A stretch of DNA of 64,000 nucleotides, taken from positions 354,268,001-354,332,000 of the forward strand of contig OZ024740.1 in the NCBI GenBank assembly GCA_964016885.1, in the 5' to 3' direction. This stretch comes from Eledone cirrhosa (lineage: Eukaryota). Of the stretch, positions 1 through 13,588 are shown one piece after another; the stretch's first letter is position 1; each line of letters opens with the position of its first letter. Position numbers and translations under genes: made by a program. Under the pieces are notes generated by a model. That model did no database searches. It saw only the letters and a program-made list of their open reading frames with translations, and had not been told where the DNA came from.

Positions 1-355
1 TGTCAATCCACTGTATGATCTATAATACGCTCAAATAAGTATCATGCTTCTCATGCTTATCTGTCATCACTCTATTGATATTGTGGTTGTTGTTGTTGCT
101 GCTGCTGTTATTGTTGATGTGGTCCTCGTAGCTGATATTGTACTATTTTGAATAATAACTCTTATCACCCAACACCACTGACGTAACTTTATAGCACACT
201 TTTGTTTATGCTATCAGGTTAATCAAAATGTGACAGACATATAACCAGCCACTGACAAAGTGAGATTGGCAGCCATTTCTTTGATCTGGCACCAATAAAA
301 TGCAACACACACAATCTGTGAGATGTCTACTTATAAACTTGAAATACCCATAAAA

Positions 356-880
356 AAGAGGTTCTCAAACTTTTGCGGTCACCGACCCCTCACTGCCACA
401 TAATACCCTCAGTGCCCCCCCACCACCACCACCAACAACCCTATTTCCAGAGAGACCTGTCTACGCTCACTCAGAGTTGCTGAAGCATGGAACAAACTCC
501 CGGCATCAGTTATTAGTTGTCGAGACACTGCATCCTTTAAAACCGCCATGCTTCCCGAGATTCGCCAACACTACACCTAATGTTCCCCCTCCATACACAT
601 ACACACATGTATATCATGACTCATACACTATTCATTTCCCTGACATTTGTATATTATTCTATGTACTATACATGCACCTTTGACGAGTTGTAGTGCACCT
701 GAGCACTTTACACAATAATTTCATTATTATACTATGTATTAATAAATATATATTTTTTATTTTGCTATATTTATATATATGTAACATTTGATATTTAATA
801 TAATATTATATCATCTCATCGCCCCTTGGACCTTCTCAAAACCCACCAGGGGGTGGTAGCACCCACTTTGAGAACCTCTG
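356..880. mobile_element. hAT-type MITE with 8-bp TSD, interrupted by a LINE 3' fragment
   Basis: TIRs agaggttctcaaa (357-369) and tttgagaacctctg (867-880); ccataaaa directly repeated at 348-355 and 881-888, the 8-bp TSD length typical of hAT. Confidence 0.75.
460..730 (+). mobile_element. 3' end of a CR1/L2-clade LINE (5'-truncated), nested in the MITE
   Basis: Encodes ...LRVAEAWNKLP..., the RV..WN.LP motif of CR1/L2 ORF2 C-termini; closely similar to 47425-47765 (tttgacgagttgtagtgcacctgagcact ... attattatt tail). Confidence 0.65.
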
Positions 881-1020
881 CCATAAAAGGTCAAATAACT
901 CTCTAATCATTAATGAGTGGTCAGAGTAATGAGAAATGATCATAAGTGAACTATATTCAACAAATGATTGAAGTAGACATGCCTCAAGAAGTGCTAGATT
1001 GAGAATCTTTTACCAATATT

Positions 1021-1545
1021 CATTTGTTCAAATCCTGCTGAGATCAACTTTGCCTTTTGTACTTTCAAGGTTGATAAAAAAAGTTCTAGTCTAATACTGG
1101 GGTTGCTTGCTTCCCCTCTATCACTCTCTCTCTCCTTCACTGGAAGAAATGTTTATATGTTTAGACCTGGAGAGGGATGGGCTCTGTCAGGCTTAAAATG
1201 TCACTATGGTGCCCCTATAACTCCATCAGGAGTTATAGGTCCATATATACAAACAAGGTGGCGAATTGGCAGTCATTAGAATGTTGGATAGAATGCTTTA
1301 TGTTATTCGTTCCGGCTCTCTGAGTTCAAATCCCCCTAAGGTCAACTTTGCCTTTCATCCTTTCGAGGTCGATAAAAAAGTACCAGTCTAGTACTGGGGT
1401 TGATCCTTCTTCTCTCTTGAAGAAATCTGCTGTACTCAGGCCTAGAGAGGGATGGGCTACACCAGGCTTAAAATTCCCAAGAAATGCTGTATGTCAATAC
1501 AGCACCCCTACAACTCTATCAGGAGTTACAGGACCACACCATACA
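1021..1545 (+). mobile_element. Two diverged tandem Nin/Deu-domain SINE copies sharing an unusual 3' segment
   Basis: gttcaaatcc...ctttgcctt...aggt[tc]gataaaaaa...agt...actggggttg occurs twice (1021-1110, 1320-1405), each followed by gagggatgggct..caggcttaaaat..cccta.aactc.atcaggagtta.agg.cca. Confidence 0.55.
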
Positions 1546-1984
1546 AACACACATGCATACATTTTTCTTTTTAGTATAGCTATTATAACTAGATATTCTT
1601 CTTGTCAGAAATCACATTACAGTATCTACTGGGTTCATTTCACCATATCATTAGCACTAGAGACACTCTTCCATGGTTAAAATATCCCTTATTGGAAGTA
1701 TAACAGCAAATGTGTGTAAGGCTGTCTCTCTTACTGTGATGGAGTACCTTTCAGTTGCAAACTGAGGCTGTATTCATGACATCAAAATAGGTTATGTAAA
1801 ATTTAAGTACCAAAGGTAACTTATCATGTTAGCATCCAGTCCTAATAGATTATCAACAACTGGGATTAGGTTGTCAGGCTAGGAGATGCATTGAGAAGAG
1901 TGAGGTAGGGTATGTCAACCATCTATACAGGGTCCAAGTTTGTTGACTTCCTCATGGTGGGCCCTGGAAACTGATCACTGATCT

Positions 1985-2244
1985 TTAACCATATAACATT
2001 TACATTACTCTATATATAACCCATGCTAGCATGGAAGATGGACGTTAAACAGAGATGATGATGATGATGGTGATGATACTATTATTTTTTGTGGTACATA
2101 ATATCGAATCTATGAAATTTTGATATTATTTATTTTGAGAACAATACCTTAGCATCAGTATGAGTGGCTGGTCACAGCTGGTTAAAACAGAAAGAGGTGA
2201 GAGAATTCTGGTCAGATATGGCCGGTTTAAATGCTAAAGGGTTA
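1985..2244. mobile_element. piggyBac-like MITE (same family as 58911-59105) with an inserted RTE/SINE 3' tail
   Basis: Ends tttaaatgctaaagggttaa; body matches 58911-59105; internal acccatgctagcatggaagatggacgttaaa...(gat)n at ~2019-2077. Confidence 0.6.
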
Positions 2245-2695
2245 AACTTGAGCAGGCAAATGGCAACAACCTGACACTAACTTATATGCAAGAAGATGGA
2301 AGCCATGTGTACAGATGTATATTGCTGCTTCTTGTCTAATTCAATATACATACCTAATGGTGTAGTGAGAAAAAAGTGGAAATGGATAAAAGGGAGAGAA
2401 AAAGCAAGTAATACTGATGATATAAATCCTTTCTAAGCTAAAAGAAGCATAATTATGAGGAAGAGAGCTATAAATTAAAATATAAAGTTTTTAACTTGTT
2501 TGGGCAGATCAAACTCTTGCATCTTTAACTCAGAATATGCAGCTCAAATATACACCCAAAAAGTTTATGTATGCATATTAATAAAAGAGAAATAAAGTGA
2601 GGGATGCATAAAAGAGAGAGAGAGAGAGGGGAGGAGAAATAATAATGATAATGGGGTGTTGTAGTTTGCTTGAAGTATTGTATAAGATGTAGAAA

Positions 2696-3798
2696 ATAAT
2701 TGTTTCTACTTTTGACACAAGGCCAGCAATTACTCAGTACATTACTGGTACTTTATTTTATCGACCCTGTAAGGATGAAAGGCAAAGTTAACCTCGGCGG
2801 GATTTGAACTCAGAATGGCAAGGGCTGTAACTCTACGCGTCAAAGCATGGCGTCCGACCCTCTACCGATACTGCCAATCCACAAAATAATGTTTTGTTTG
2901 AAAGCTGCCACATTGATGTTTGAAGCTCTTAATAGGTTCTTAGATTTCAGGATAATTTCTTTTCCTCAAAAGATTGATAGAAGAAACTAGTTCAGAGCTA
3001 TATATATTCTGTCTAATTCCCTTTTTATATAATGATAATTATATTGGCCTGTTTTTGAACTAAATTATGAGTGAGAGAAATTGAAATTAAAAGTCATAGC
3101 TTGCTCGATCAGACACAACTCTTATATAACAGTGATTTCTAATTTAGGCACAAGGCTAACAATTTGTGGGGGAGGTGAAAGGTCATTACATTGATCTCAG
3201 TCCGTAACCGGTACTTTATTTTATTGAACCCAAAAGGATGAAAACGAAGGTAGACCTTGACGAGATTTGAACTCAGGAAGTAAAGATCCAGAATAAATGC
3301 TGCAAAACATTTTCTCCAACACTAACAATTCTGCCAATCCACTGCTCTTATATAATAATAATAATGATTTCTAGTATAGGTACAAAGCCAGTAATTTGTT
3401 AGGAGAAAGTCAATTAAATCAACCCCAGTGCAATGCTAGTATTTTATTTATCGACCCCATAAGGATGAAAGGCAAAGCTAACCTCAGCGGGATTTAAACT
3501 TAGAATGTAAAGAGCTGTAACTCTATACCACAAAGCAAGATGTCCGACACTCTATCGATTTTGCCAATAATAATAATAATAATGGTTTCTTATATAGGTA
3601 CAGGGCCAGCAATTTTGGGGGAGGGGAAAGTCGAGTAAATCGACCCCAGTGCATGACTGGTACTTTATTATATCGACCCCGTAAGGATGAAAGGCAAAGT
3701 TAACCTCGGCAGGATTTGAACTCAGATCATAAAGGGCCATAACTCCATGCTGAAAAGCATGGCGTCCGACCCTCTACTGATACTGCCAATCCACCACC
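2696..3798 (-). mobile_element. Cluster of four co-oriented Nin/Deu-domain tRNA-SINEs (2696-2882, 3132-3344, 3364-3568, 3580-3798)
   Basis: Minus strand of the best copies reads ggattggcagtatcggtagagggtcggacgcc...ctgagttcaaatcccgccgaggttaactttgcctttcatccttacggggtcgataaaataaagtaccagt...ggccttgtg...agaaac(att)n: A/B-box-like head plus Nin-like core. Confidence 0.8.
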
Positions 3799-4048
3799 CT
3801 ATAAATAATAGTTAATAAAATCAGCTAAAGTACTCCTGTCCTCTTTTTCCATCTCCAGGAGTACTTTCTCCAATTTTCTCAACTATTATTTATAATAATT
3901 GACTATTATTAAGGTCATTTGTGTTGGGATGCATACATTTTAAATAAGAGTATATGAATATTTTTTTATTTGGTATATAATAATCATATTTATATATATT
4001 TTGAATATAACTTTTAATACTAATTATTGCTATTTCAGTTCCCACAAA

Positions 4049-6163
4049 ATGAATGACTCTTGGAACCCGATGTTACCTGATAAAATGCAAGGTAACATAC
4101 TAACAGGCAAGTCTCTTCATTTATATCTCGATCATTTTCACCAATGTTCATCTGCAAGGAAATCCTCTAAAATATTTGAATCAGGTAACTTCCAATTCAG
4201 TAAAAATAAACTGTTAGAGATGGTCAGAACAATTGATCATTTGGCACAACATAAAACTCATATAAATCAAATTGACAATCCTGAAACTGAAGAACTTCAA
4301 TCAAATTCAAAGACACTTCATATTGATCTGACACATCTAACTCAAGAGAAACAGTTTCAACAGTCCAAAAGCATAAACGAAAGAAACTCAAATTGTTATA
4401 GTCCAAGAATTAAAGATTGTAATGATCAATTTAAAGATACGTCAATATGTTCTCTAAAACCAAAGACGGACATTGCCCATTACACTGAAAAAGGGATTCG
4501 TCTTAAACCAGATAGTAACACTATGGAGTCTTGTGTCAAATTACAAAATATAGACATCAATGTCAATAACATGATTTTAAAAGCAGCTTATAGTAAGAGA
4601 CAGAATGACTGGTCCAAGACAATATCTCCATGTTTAAGACATATTACCCTATCAAAGACAATATCTGAAAGAAATTCAGTGTTGAATAAAATCAAAGGAA
4701 AAACAGCTCACTTGTCTAATGTGTTATCTGTAAGAAACTCTTTAACACCAACACCCACAAAAGGCTATTTCATAAAAGATAAACAATTAAGTTCACCCCA
4801 GTCATTTAGGGATAAAAGTAGATCAATTAAACAACAAATAGTTTCTCAACAGACTGTTCTTGAAGAAATACAGGATGTATCTAATAGTTTAGTATCATAT
4901 AAGATACAATCAAGTTCTTCATTTAATTATCTTCCAGCTGAAAAACATCCACGTTCTAAAACAATTTCAACTAGTAAATTATTAATGCCCCAAAAACACT
5001 TTAAAAAAACAACTTATGTGGGGAAAACGGCAGATTTTGAAGAGGGTACACCAAAATTACGCTTGGTTCATGAAATGGTGGTATCACTTAACAATAAAAA
5101 GTTGAGTTCCTCAAATGAAAACTGGTTAAATAAGATTTACAGCAAAATTAAGGAGAATAAAGAAAATAATATTAGTATTGAGCATTTAAGACAAAACATT
5201 ACAGGTGTAAACACATGCAGTGAAAATACAAATTTTAAAAATAGGAGAAGAGAACTTAATCGTTCAAATGCATTTTATTCTAAAGTAAGACCATTTTCTA
5301 CAATAACTGGACAAACGAAGAGTAATATAGAGGGAAACAGATCGCTGGTAATGAAAACTACTCAAAATGAAGATAATTTGTATAACAGAGGTCCTTTTTG
5401 TAGTGAGACAGAAGTGAAGAAGTGTCCTATGACAGCAAATAATGTAAAGCATTTTACATTAAAGAAACAATTGAGCATAACTGCTCCAAATCAAAGGATT
5501 CTTAGTCAAATCTCTTTAAAATGTAACCAAAGAAATAGAAAAGATCTTGAATGGAAGTTTAATATTTTTGAATTACAAAGGAAGGTAAGAAAATATAGAC
5601 AAAATCGAGTGAACCCTTTGAGTGAACAGATGAAAAATAAACATGAAAATGGGGATACATCTAGTTTTAAAGCAGAGTTGGATTCTGGCTTAAATGTTAT
5701 TAGTTTCAAAGAGATTTTTCCACACTTCAATAAAAATAAAAATATACTGGAAATAAAAAATCCCAAACTGAAAACAAGTGTAAATTCTAAGTTGCCTGAT
5801 GAATTGATTTTAAAAAAATCCACACTATTCCCATCAACTGTTAAAAATAAAAAATCTTTGAAGAACTACCAGAATCTCTTTAGAATAAAACGTTGTCTTC
5901 CACAGAAAACTGATAAAATTGTTCCTGAAATAAATGCCACTTCTTCAGAACCAGATGTTAAAAAAACTAATAGTCAGTTAGAGTTAGGTGTTTGTAGATC
6001 TAAGCCATGCTCTGGACATAAATCTAACTCCACAGTTATAACAAATGTTGACTATCACTCTTACAAGAATGAACCCTCTGCCTGTAGCAGTAGATCCTCT
6101 TCAAGAATATTAAGATTTAATGTTAATTCAAACAAATACTCCAAAAGAAGTTCAAGTTTGGAG
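4049..6163 (+). CDS. Large exon of an uncharacterised K/S/N-rich, probably disordered protein (exon 4039-6163; first in-exon ATG 4049)
   Basis: 723-codon ORF in very AT-rich DNA; acceptor tatttcag ends 4038; donor GAG|gtaagt at 6163/6164, phase 0; no recognisable domain. Confidence 0.8.
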
Positions 6164-6851
6164 GTAAGTTAAAATTTAGAGATTTTTTTTCCTAATTAGT
6201 TTTAATAAGACATTTACATATTTACATAATGTTGGATTTGAAAACATCGCCTGCTCAAGACCAAAATACTATCAATATTAATTACACAACATACCTATAA
6301 TACATATGCACAGGTATTTAGAAACTCCGTAATGTGACAGCTGCAGCCTGGCAATGTCCATTGTCCCCATACTAGTAATTAGATTTTTTAGCCACACAAT
6401 CATGACTGCGCCGATGTACAGTTTTTCTCATTAAATGACAGAATTGTTAGAACATCATATAAAATACCTTGCAATATTTTTCCAGCTTTCTGCACACCGA
6501 GTTGAAAACTTGCCAAAATGAATGTTGCTTTTCATCCTTTTAGGGTTAATTAATAAGTGACCTTCTAGTACTGGGCTGTTTCTTTTCTCTTCTCTCTTCT
6601 ACCCATAATTCAAAGGTCCCGCTTTGTCACATAATGTCACACTGATTTGGCATGAAAACCACATTGAAGGTACATGTTAATTTCATGAGTTGGAATCCAG
6701 ACTGACAGAAAATCTATCATACAGCATTTGTGTCTTTAAAATAACAATGAGAATACATGGCTGCATTTTGTTGCTCAATTATAATTTTTATTTGAATAAT
6801 TGAATAATTTATTTTAGTTTGATATTAATTTGTGAAAGTATTATATTTCAG

Positions 6852-6998
6852 CCAAACAGAAGTATAGCTCCAGAGGCATCTGACTGTTGTTTACCAGAAA
6901 GCTTTACTAAAGACACTTTAAAAGCATTCATTTACAATTCCAAATCTTCTTATGCTGAATATGAGCACAGAAAATTCCGTGGATTAAGTCCAAAGTGA
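6852..6998 (+). CDS. Terminal coding exon of the same orphan gene (PNRSIAPEASDCCLPESFTKDTLKAFIYNSKSSYAEYEHRKFRGLSPK*)
   Basis: Acceptor ttatatttcag ends 6851; phase 0 matches the upstream donor; 48 sense codons then TGA. Confidence 0.65.
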   Translation, partial: PNRSIAPEASDCCLPESFTKDTLKAFIYNSKSSYAEYEHRKFRGLSPK

Positions 6999-7473
6999 TT
7001 TAGGGAATTTAGAAGATTAAACTGGCTTTTGATATTAAAAAAAAAACCCAACCAAACAAAAACATGAAAGAAAGAAAAAACAAAATATCAATATTGTTAA
7101 TGATAAGAAATTATGCATACTGAAAGAGGTGGAGTTAAAAATATTGATTATTTTTGTCTTAGCAGAGGATTATATTTTGTAGGGAATTGAAGAAATGGCA
7201 GTATATGACTGGTATTTATTTTATGAATTCGGGAAAAATTAAAGACAAAATTGGTTTTGGCAGGAATTGAACTTCAAATAGTAAAAGATCAAACTAAGTA
7301 CTGTAAAGACATAATCAAAACTGGTGAAAGCTGACCTCAGGATGCTGAACCTTACAAAGGAGATGACAAAGAAATGTAACAAAAGCAAGATGCTGTTTTA
7401 GAGAGGTCCTTTTCATCCTATGAAAGCAAGGAAAAGTGGACATATAAATGATTCTAACATTGAATAAGTGAAT

Positions 7474-7487
7474 AATAAATGAATAAA
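7474..7487 (+). promoter_or_regulatory. Candidate tandem polyadenylation signals (AATAAA x2) for the orphan gene
   Basis: aataaatgaataaa ~480 nt after the stop; weak because the background is AT-rich. Confidence 0.3.
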
Positions 7488-8049
7488 GTTTATATATGAC
7501 ACTCATCCTCCATGGCAACATAGATGGGTAGTTGTGTTGATCTATTTTGAAAGTATGTTTATATTTACTTGATTAAGAGTAAAATGAGCTAAGAGATGTA
7601 TCTCAAAGGGACAATTGCACGAACTTAGATACTGAATGCCATGCACAAAAATGTCTTAATTCAATTAGATTTCCCTTTTAGTTGGAGAAAGAAAACAAAA
7701 ACCTAGCAGCCATTCTTAGCAACTTTTAAAGAAAAGGGGAGATAACTTCAAGAATTTAGGAATTAATCTCTCATGGTTAATTTACATACTTAAGGTAGAA
7801 AAGTGTGATCTTAGTTTGTAGGCAAGGGACAACTATTGACTAAGCAATGGGGGGAAGAGGTTTGGTGAAGCCTGGGAGTGATTTCTTGATTCTATGCCAC
7901 CAAAACTCTAGTATAGGCCCTAGTACTGAGAAATGTGAGCAAAGAAAACATTTTGAATATGTTAAACCAGATGAAACATGAATTAAATAACACTTCATTC
8001 AAATTTATTTAAAATCAGCCACATTTAAGTTCAGTTCTCAAAATGAGAT

Positions 8050-9300
8050 CTGTCAAAAATACTTGAACTACTTCCTTTTTTTATATCGACTGTGAGGAAT
8101 TCTTTTTCAATGCTGATTAAAGCCAGGTTAGTTTGTCACTCTTGTGACATGGAAGAGCTCAAATGTGTTTTTATTAACATAGAAATGACATTTCATGCCA
8201 CTCAGTGATTGCCTCAAATGATGTGTTAATCATTGTCTAAATTTGTTCAAACATAAACATTGCAGTTCAAGTCAATAGATTTTTCAGGTTTTTGATCTGA
8301 CTAGAAAACTGGGCACAGATTTTTTTATATAGCCAGTGGTGAGATTTGTGCAGTGGATAAAGTCATGTTAAGTGTGTGTATTGTAGATTTGGACACAAAG
8401 TAAGCAGCATATTTGGAAGCTTTCTTTATGGCAATAATGCTTATAGGCAAGAAGATTCTGTAAAGTTGGCAGAGATTGTTTTGGTAAGGTACTGACTGCT
8501 GTTTGGGAAGTTGTTGTTTTCCAGTTGTTGTAGTAGTGGGTAAAAGTCATTCAGTTTGTGGATGTGAGATAATTCTTCCAGGTATTGTAGAGTATGTTCT
8601 TCATCATGACTGCTACAGTGCAAGACAGATAAGCACATGATTGTGTATAGTTACCTGATTATCTGTTTTCTGTCAGGAGTGAAGTGCATTTGCTGGGAGG
8701 GCTTTGACCAGTTAGCTGACTTACAAACCCCATAGGTATCTGGAGATATGAAGTATTGGGTAGTATGTGAATATGTAGTTAGTAGAAATCATCAGGCAGT
8801 GGTTGGAGGATCTGATAGGTACAGAGATGGTGACAGATTGATAAAAGCTTGGCATGAAGGTGAAAAAAAGATCAAGTATATCTGTTGATGATGATACTAA
8901 TTGTTGCAAAGAGTTGAGGATTGCAAACAGTTCCATATTGATACCTTCAACATTGGTGGTGGTGGGGTATGTGAGAGCCAAGCTGACGTGTGAATTTTGA
9001 AATCACCAATACTGGTAAATTTAGAGATATGAAGTGGGATAGATGTTATTGCTGCAATCTGCAAAATTGTGGTTGGAAGAGTCCAAACAGTTAATTATTC
9101 TAAAGGAATGAGAAAATAACTGAAAGACCTTGTTGTTGATAGGTGGGAAAAGTGAATGATGAGGAGAATGGACTGCACATATGAGTCACTGACATGGTAC
9201 ATATTTGCTGCAGTAAAGTGTCACACTGAAAGGATAGATATGGACACAATTTTATCAACCAGAACCATTCTGAACAAATTGTAGCATAGGAGCTAACTCA
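8050..9300 (-). mobile_element. Highly decayed CR1/L2/Crack-like LINE fragment (APE endonuclease region)
   Basis: 8721-8981 (-) gives FAILNSLQQLVSSST-DILDLFFT..P...VTISVPIRSSNHCLM, matching the APE C-terminal 'LDL.FT...P.GSSDH..I' pattern; boundaries approximate. Confidence 0.55.
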
Positions 9301-9475
9301 CCCACTTAATAAATTCACTATTGTCTTTATGAGAGGAACCAAAAGACTTGTCATATATTTTAAGACAACATATCTACAATAAAGATAAGATCAATTATTT
9401 AACTGATTAAAAGCTTCATTTCATAAAGCATCTATGTGCTACAGTCTTTTAGAACAGAACAGCTGGCTGATGCTA

Positions 9476-9717
9476 TTAACCCTTTCATTACCATATTTCT
9501 AGTTAAGTATACTGTTTATGTTTTCAAATAAAATTTTAAAACCTTCAAGAGTTTGGAAACATTTAGGAAAAGAACAAACTTTGCTCTTATTAAATTGTTG
9601 TTTAGAACACAATATAACCAAATGTTGTTTCATAAAAGTGAACAGTTTTAATTTAAATATAAATATTTTAAAATTAACTAGGGATGGTTACAGGTAGGTT
9701 GGTATCAAAAGACTTAA
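9476..9717. mobile_element. Decayed TTAA-type (piggyBac-like) MITE
   Basis: ttaaccctttcattaccatatttc ... ggttggtatcaaaagacttaa; relatives at 39569-39814, ~44754-44898, ~51145-51402. Confidence 0.45.
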
Positions 9718-9889
9718 ACCAACTATTTGGTTGCACTATTTAATGTTTCAAGTGTTATTGGGTTACTCTAAAATATATATCATAGAGAGAGGTACAGTTC
9801 CTTTCTGTGTTATTGATGAAGGAGTTATTGGCATACAGTGTTGAATTTGAGGTGTTGCAAAAACAATAATACAAGCATAAGTAATGAAA

Positions 9890-10256
9890 GAAACTCGCTG
9901 AAAATAAAAACTTAATCTCCCAGCAGCAACAACAATGGAGCTAAAGGCAAGTGAGGCATGATCCCCTGGAGCAGATACAAACTATGCAGTGTGGAAATGC
10001 CTAAACAGACTAAGATCTGGTGTTGGATATGCAAAAGTCACTCTTGCAAAATGGGGATATTTAAAAGATGGGGACGTTGTGTGTGACTGCGGCATCGAAC
10101 CACAGACTACACAGCACCCCCTGCTGGAACACCCCTGCACAGCATTGGACTTGGCAAAGTTTAATGAGAAAGGACAACAATGTGTTTAGCTGTGGTGGAA
10201 CCACATCTAGCCAAGCTTTGTAATTGACACTCTTGTGGACATGACAAGAAGAAGAT
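9890..10256 (+). mobile_element. 3' end of a Vingi/Ingi-like non-LTR retrotransposon (zinc-knuckle region)
   Basis: WKCLNRLRSGVG..K..LAKWG.....CDCG...QT..H motif followed by a short (gaa)n tail at ~10246-10255; family assignment from memory of the motif. Confidence 0.6.
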
Positions 10257-12210
10257 CAGTTATATGTCTTTCCAGAATATTTGAAATTGATACAACTTAC
10301 ACCAGCTATGAACTATTTCAAAATATCAATGGAATAAAATAAGTGACCCGACTTAAGCAATAACCTCAAAACGTGACAATCAAGAACTAGATTTTTAGCT
10401 CAAGCAGTTTAATTCATTAGATGTTTTATACTGTAGTTTTGATTCAGAATTTTGTCACAGTTGACTTGTTTGAATAATTCTTTGACAGAAGGCTTACTGC
10501 TTGTAACGCCATATTCAATGATCTGTTGCCAAGTGATGAGTCTGTTTGACCAGAGCTGATTCAATCAGGTTCAATTATGAAAAGAATATAAAAGAAAGTA
10601 ATGGGTTTTCACAACACATTTTATTGAAACTTTTCATTTCTAATTATATCTTAAATAAAAAAGACAATAAAAATTGTTATTATTACAATTGAATTAGAAA
10701 GCTTTTATAAATTTTGAATAAAAATATAACATCTTAAATTTTCTTCAATGTTTTTTCACTGTGATTAGAGTATAGTGAAATAAGAAAACAATAGAAATAT
10801 TTATTTTTGTGTTTCCAAAAAAATTATTGGTTTATTCACCTTCTATTAGCATTTATATGCCAATTACAAAATTATCACATAATTACTTTAAAAAAGAATA
10901 TTAGTAATAATAGAATTACATTTATTCATTAAATAAGAAACCTACAATTATAGCCTATATGTTTTAAGCTTCTCTAATCGTAGATCTAAAGTTATATCTT
11001 TAAAAACAATTTAAGTGAGAATGTTTCTTTCTCAAAGATTATTAATTCTGAGAATATTATTTTTTTTTTTTACTAGTCAGAGAATTTGTGTGTGTGTGGG
11101 AATATAGTCAGCATATTTCTAATACTTGAGTTGTCAATCCTAGTCAGAATATAAAACTAGTAAATTAAGACTGATGGCTTTGGCTATTTTTGCTAACTCC
11201 CCACTCTAATTATCTCATAATACTACTATAAAATTCAAACATGAATGAAATACATAATATTTAAAAAAATATATATTATATTCAATATTTCAATACTTAT
11301 AAAATTTAATGTATCATTTTGGTGAGAGTTGGTGATAAAAAGTTAATTTCTTCTTAAATTGAGCATTAAACTTAAATTATTCCCCAAAGAAAAGAAAATA
11401 GAGAAGTTGAAGTTGAAGTGCAGTTTTATGATATTAAAATATTGTTTAATTATAAAAATCATATTCTAGATAGCATATAGCATATTATTTATAAAAGAAA
11501 TGTCCTTAGTCAAATATTTTTGAAGAATGTGTATTTGGGAAATTCTCAGTTTAAGCTTTGAAGTTGATGTCCTTATTTTTATTTATATCAGTATTTGCTT
11601 CTATAATTAATTTGAACCCAAATGGTGCTGTTAATGTGTATCTACATTTAACAATTAAAAAACACTTAAATGTTTCTCATCATTTAACATTTAAAAAAAA
11701 ATACTTCCTATATAGGAGAACTTATTATTTTTCATCTATTTATGATCTTTAGTTATTTACTACTGATGTTCTGTCTAGTTTTCACTCAGTACTATTGTTC
11801 AACCACCTCGACAAGTAATATAATCAACACAAGATCTTTCAATGCACTAACCATTTCAATTTATGGTCAAAGAACCCCAAACAACCATACAGCTTATTTT
11901 CTTCCTCGACCAAATCACCATGCCACTATTCTATAGGAAACTATCTCATATATATTAATATGCCTTTGGAAACTATTTTGGGTCAAAACACAAGTTACTG
12001 AGAACATCTTATCAAGAAGCAGACCACCACAAATCAATTCAATTCAGATTTATTGAATTGGAAATTATGAAGTAAGAAAATCTCTCAATGCAGGCCACGA
12101 TAAATAGCAAAGTACACATTATTTGGTTTCCCTTAAATGTCTAAAACTGATCGGTAATGTTAGGTGTTACATTACTTTAAGAAAGTGACATGGGTCATAG
12201 AAGATTTAAA

Positions 12211-12376
12211 TAATTGTTTCTACGTTAGGCACAAGGCCAGCAATTACTCAGTGCATTACTGGTACTTTATTTTATCGACCTCGTAACGGTGAAAGGCAAA
12301 GTTAACCTTGGCGAGATTTGAACTCAGAATGGCAAGGGCCGTAACTATGCGTCCGACCCTCTACCGATACTGCCAA
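12211..12376 (-). mobile_element. Nin/Deu-domain SINE
   Basis: Close match to 2696-2882 and 54312-54498. Confidence 0.8.
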
Positions 12377-13309
12377 AATAATGCAATTCAACATTTTATG
12401 TATTTTTAGATATTTTAATTGTAATTGTTGAATTATCAATATAGAAGAGATGGGACGTTTAAATTTGAGTTTTGATTGCTTCTACATTCATATAAAATGC
12501 CTTCCTTCTTTCTATCAATATCTTTAACAGGTTATCCTTTACTTTTATTTATTCATTATTATTTTTGTGTAGATAACCACTAATTTGTTACATAGGCACC
12601 ATTTTAATTTTAGAAAGCATTATAATCAATTAAGTAGACCACAGAATATAGTTGTTACTTATTTCAGTAACTTTGGATGGATGAAAAACAAACTCAAATT
12701 CAATTGAATTTGAAACTAAAAAGAACAAAACTAAAAAAATGTAAGGCATTTAGACTGGTTTTCAACTGGTGTGACCCTTTTTATCAACCTTTTAGAAATA
12801 AATGTTACTGCTAAATTTACCATGAGCTGCACAGCTATATGTTATACAAGCTTGATCTATAAGCTTGTTATTAAATTCATGTATGTTAAGTATTAAATCA
12901 CTATAGTTGAATGATAATTACTTGGAATGTCTACACGAGGAATTAAATCTTCAATAAAATTATGATTTAAAACATTTCTTTTTTTTGCAACTGTTTTTTC
13001 ATGCTTGTATGGATTTAAAAATGCAATCTGTTTTATAAAATACTAAAGTGAATGTTTTTCAACTGTCTACCATTTCTAATTTCAAAGTCTCCACATGTAA
13101 GTGGCAAAACTACTGAGTTGTGTAAAATGAAGCATGTAAAATAGCACAATAGTGCTTGAACCAATATTCTAAACATTTAGGTTCATCAACTTAACTCAGT
13201 TACCACAATTATATAAAAACTGAGGATCTTATTAAGATGATTTCAATACCAGAAAAGGTGAGTGCCATTGCAGAGATGATATGATTCTGCTGAAACCAAA
13301 TCTTCAAAT

Positions 13310-13588
13310 GAAGGCACATGGCCGAGTAGTTGAACTTACAATTATAATGCCATAGGTTCAATTCCATAACCAGCTTGTGTGTTGTGTTCTTGAGCAAAAA
13401 ACTTCATTTCCTGTTGCTCCAGTACACTCAGCTGAACATGAGCACCAACAATAGCTGGGGGGATTTAACCCTATGTTGGACTGGAGTCCTGTCCAAGAGG
13501 GAGTTTTGCACTCTCAATTACTTAACGCCAAGGAAATCAGGATAAGCACCAGCCTAATAAGCCTCCAGGCTTGAGAGAGACTTTAGAT
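13310..13588 (+). mobile_element. tRNA-derived SINE with CORE-like plus V/Meta-like domain
   Basis: tRNA-like head, gtgttcttgagcaaa..acttcatttcctgttgctccagt, aaccctatgttggactgg..tcctgtcca; aligns end to end with 58131-58420. Confidence 0.7.
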
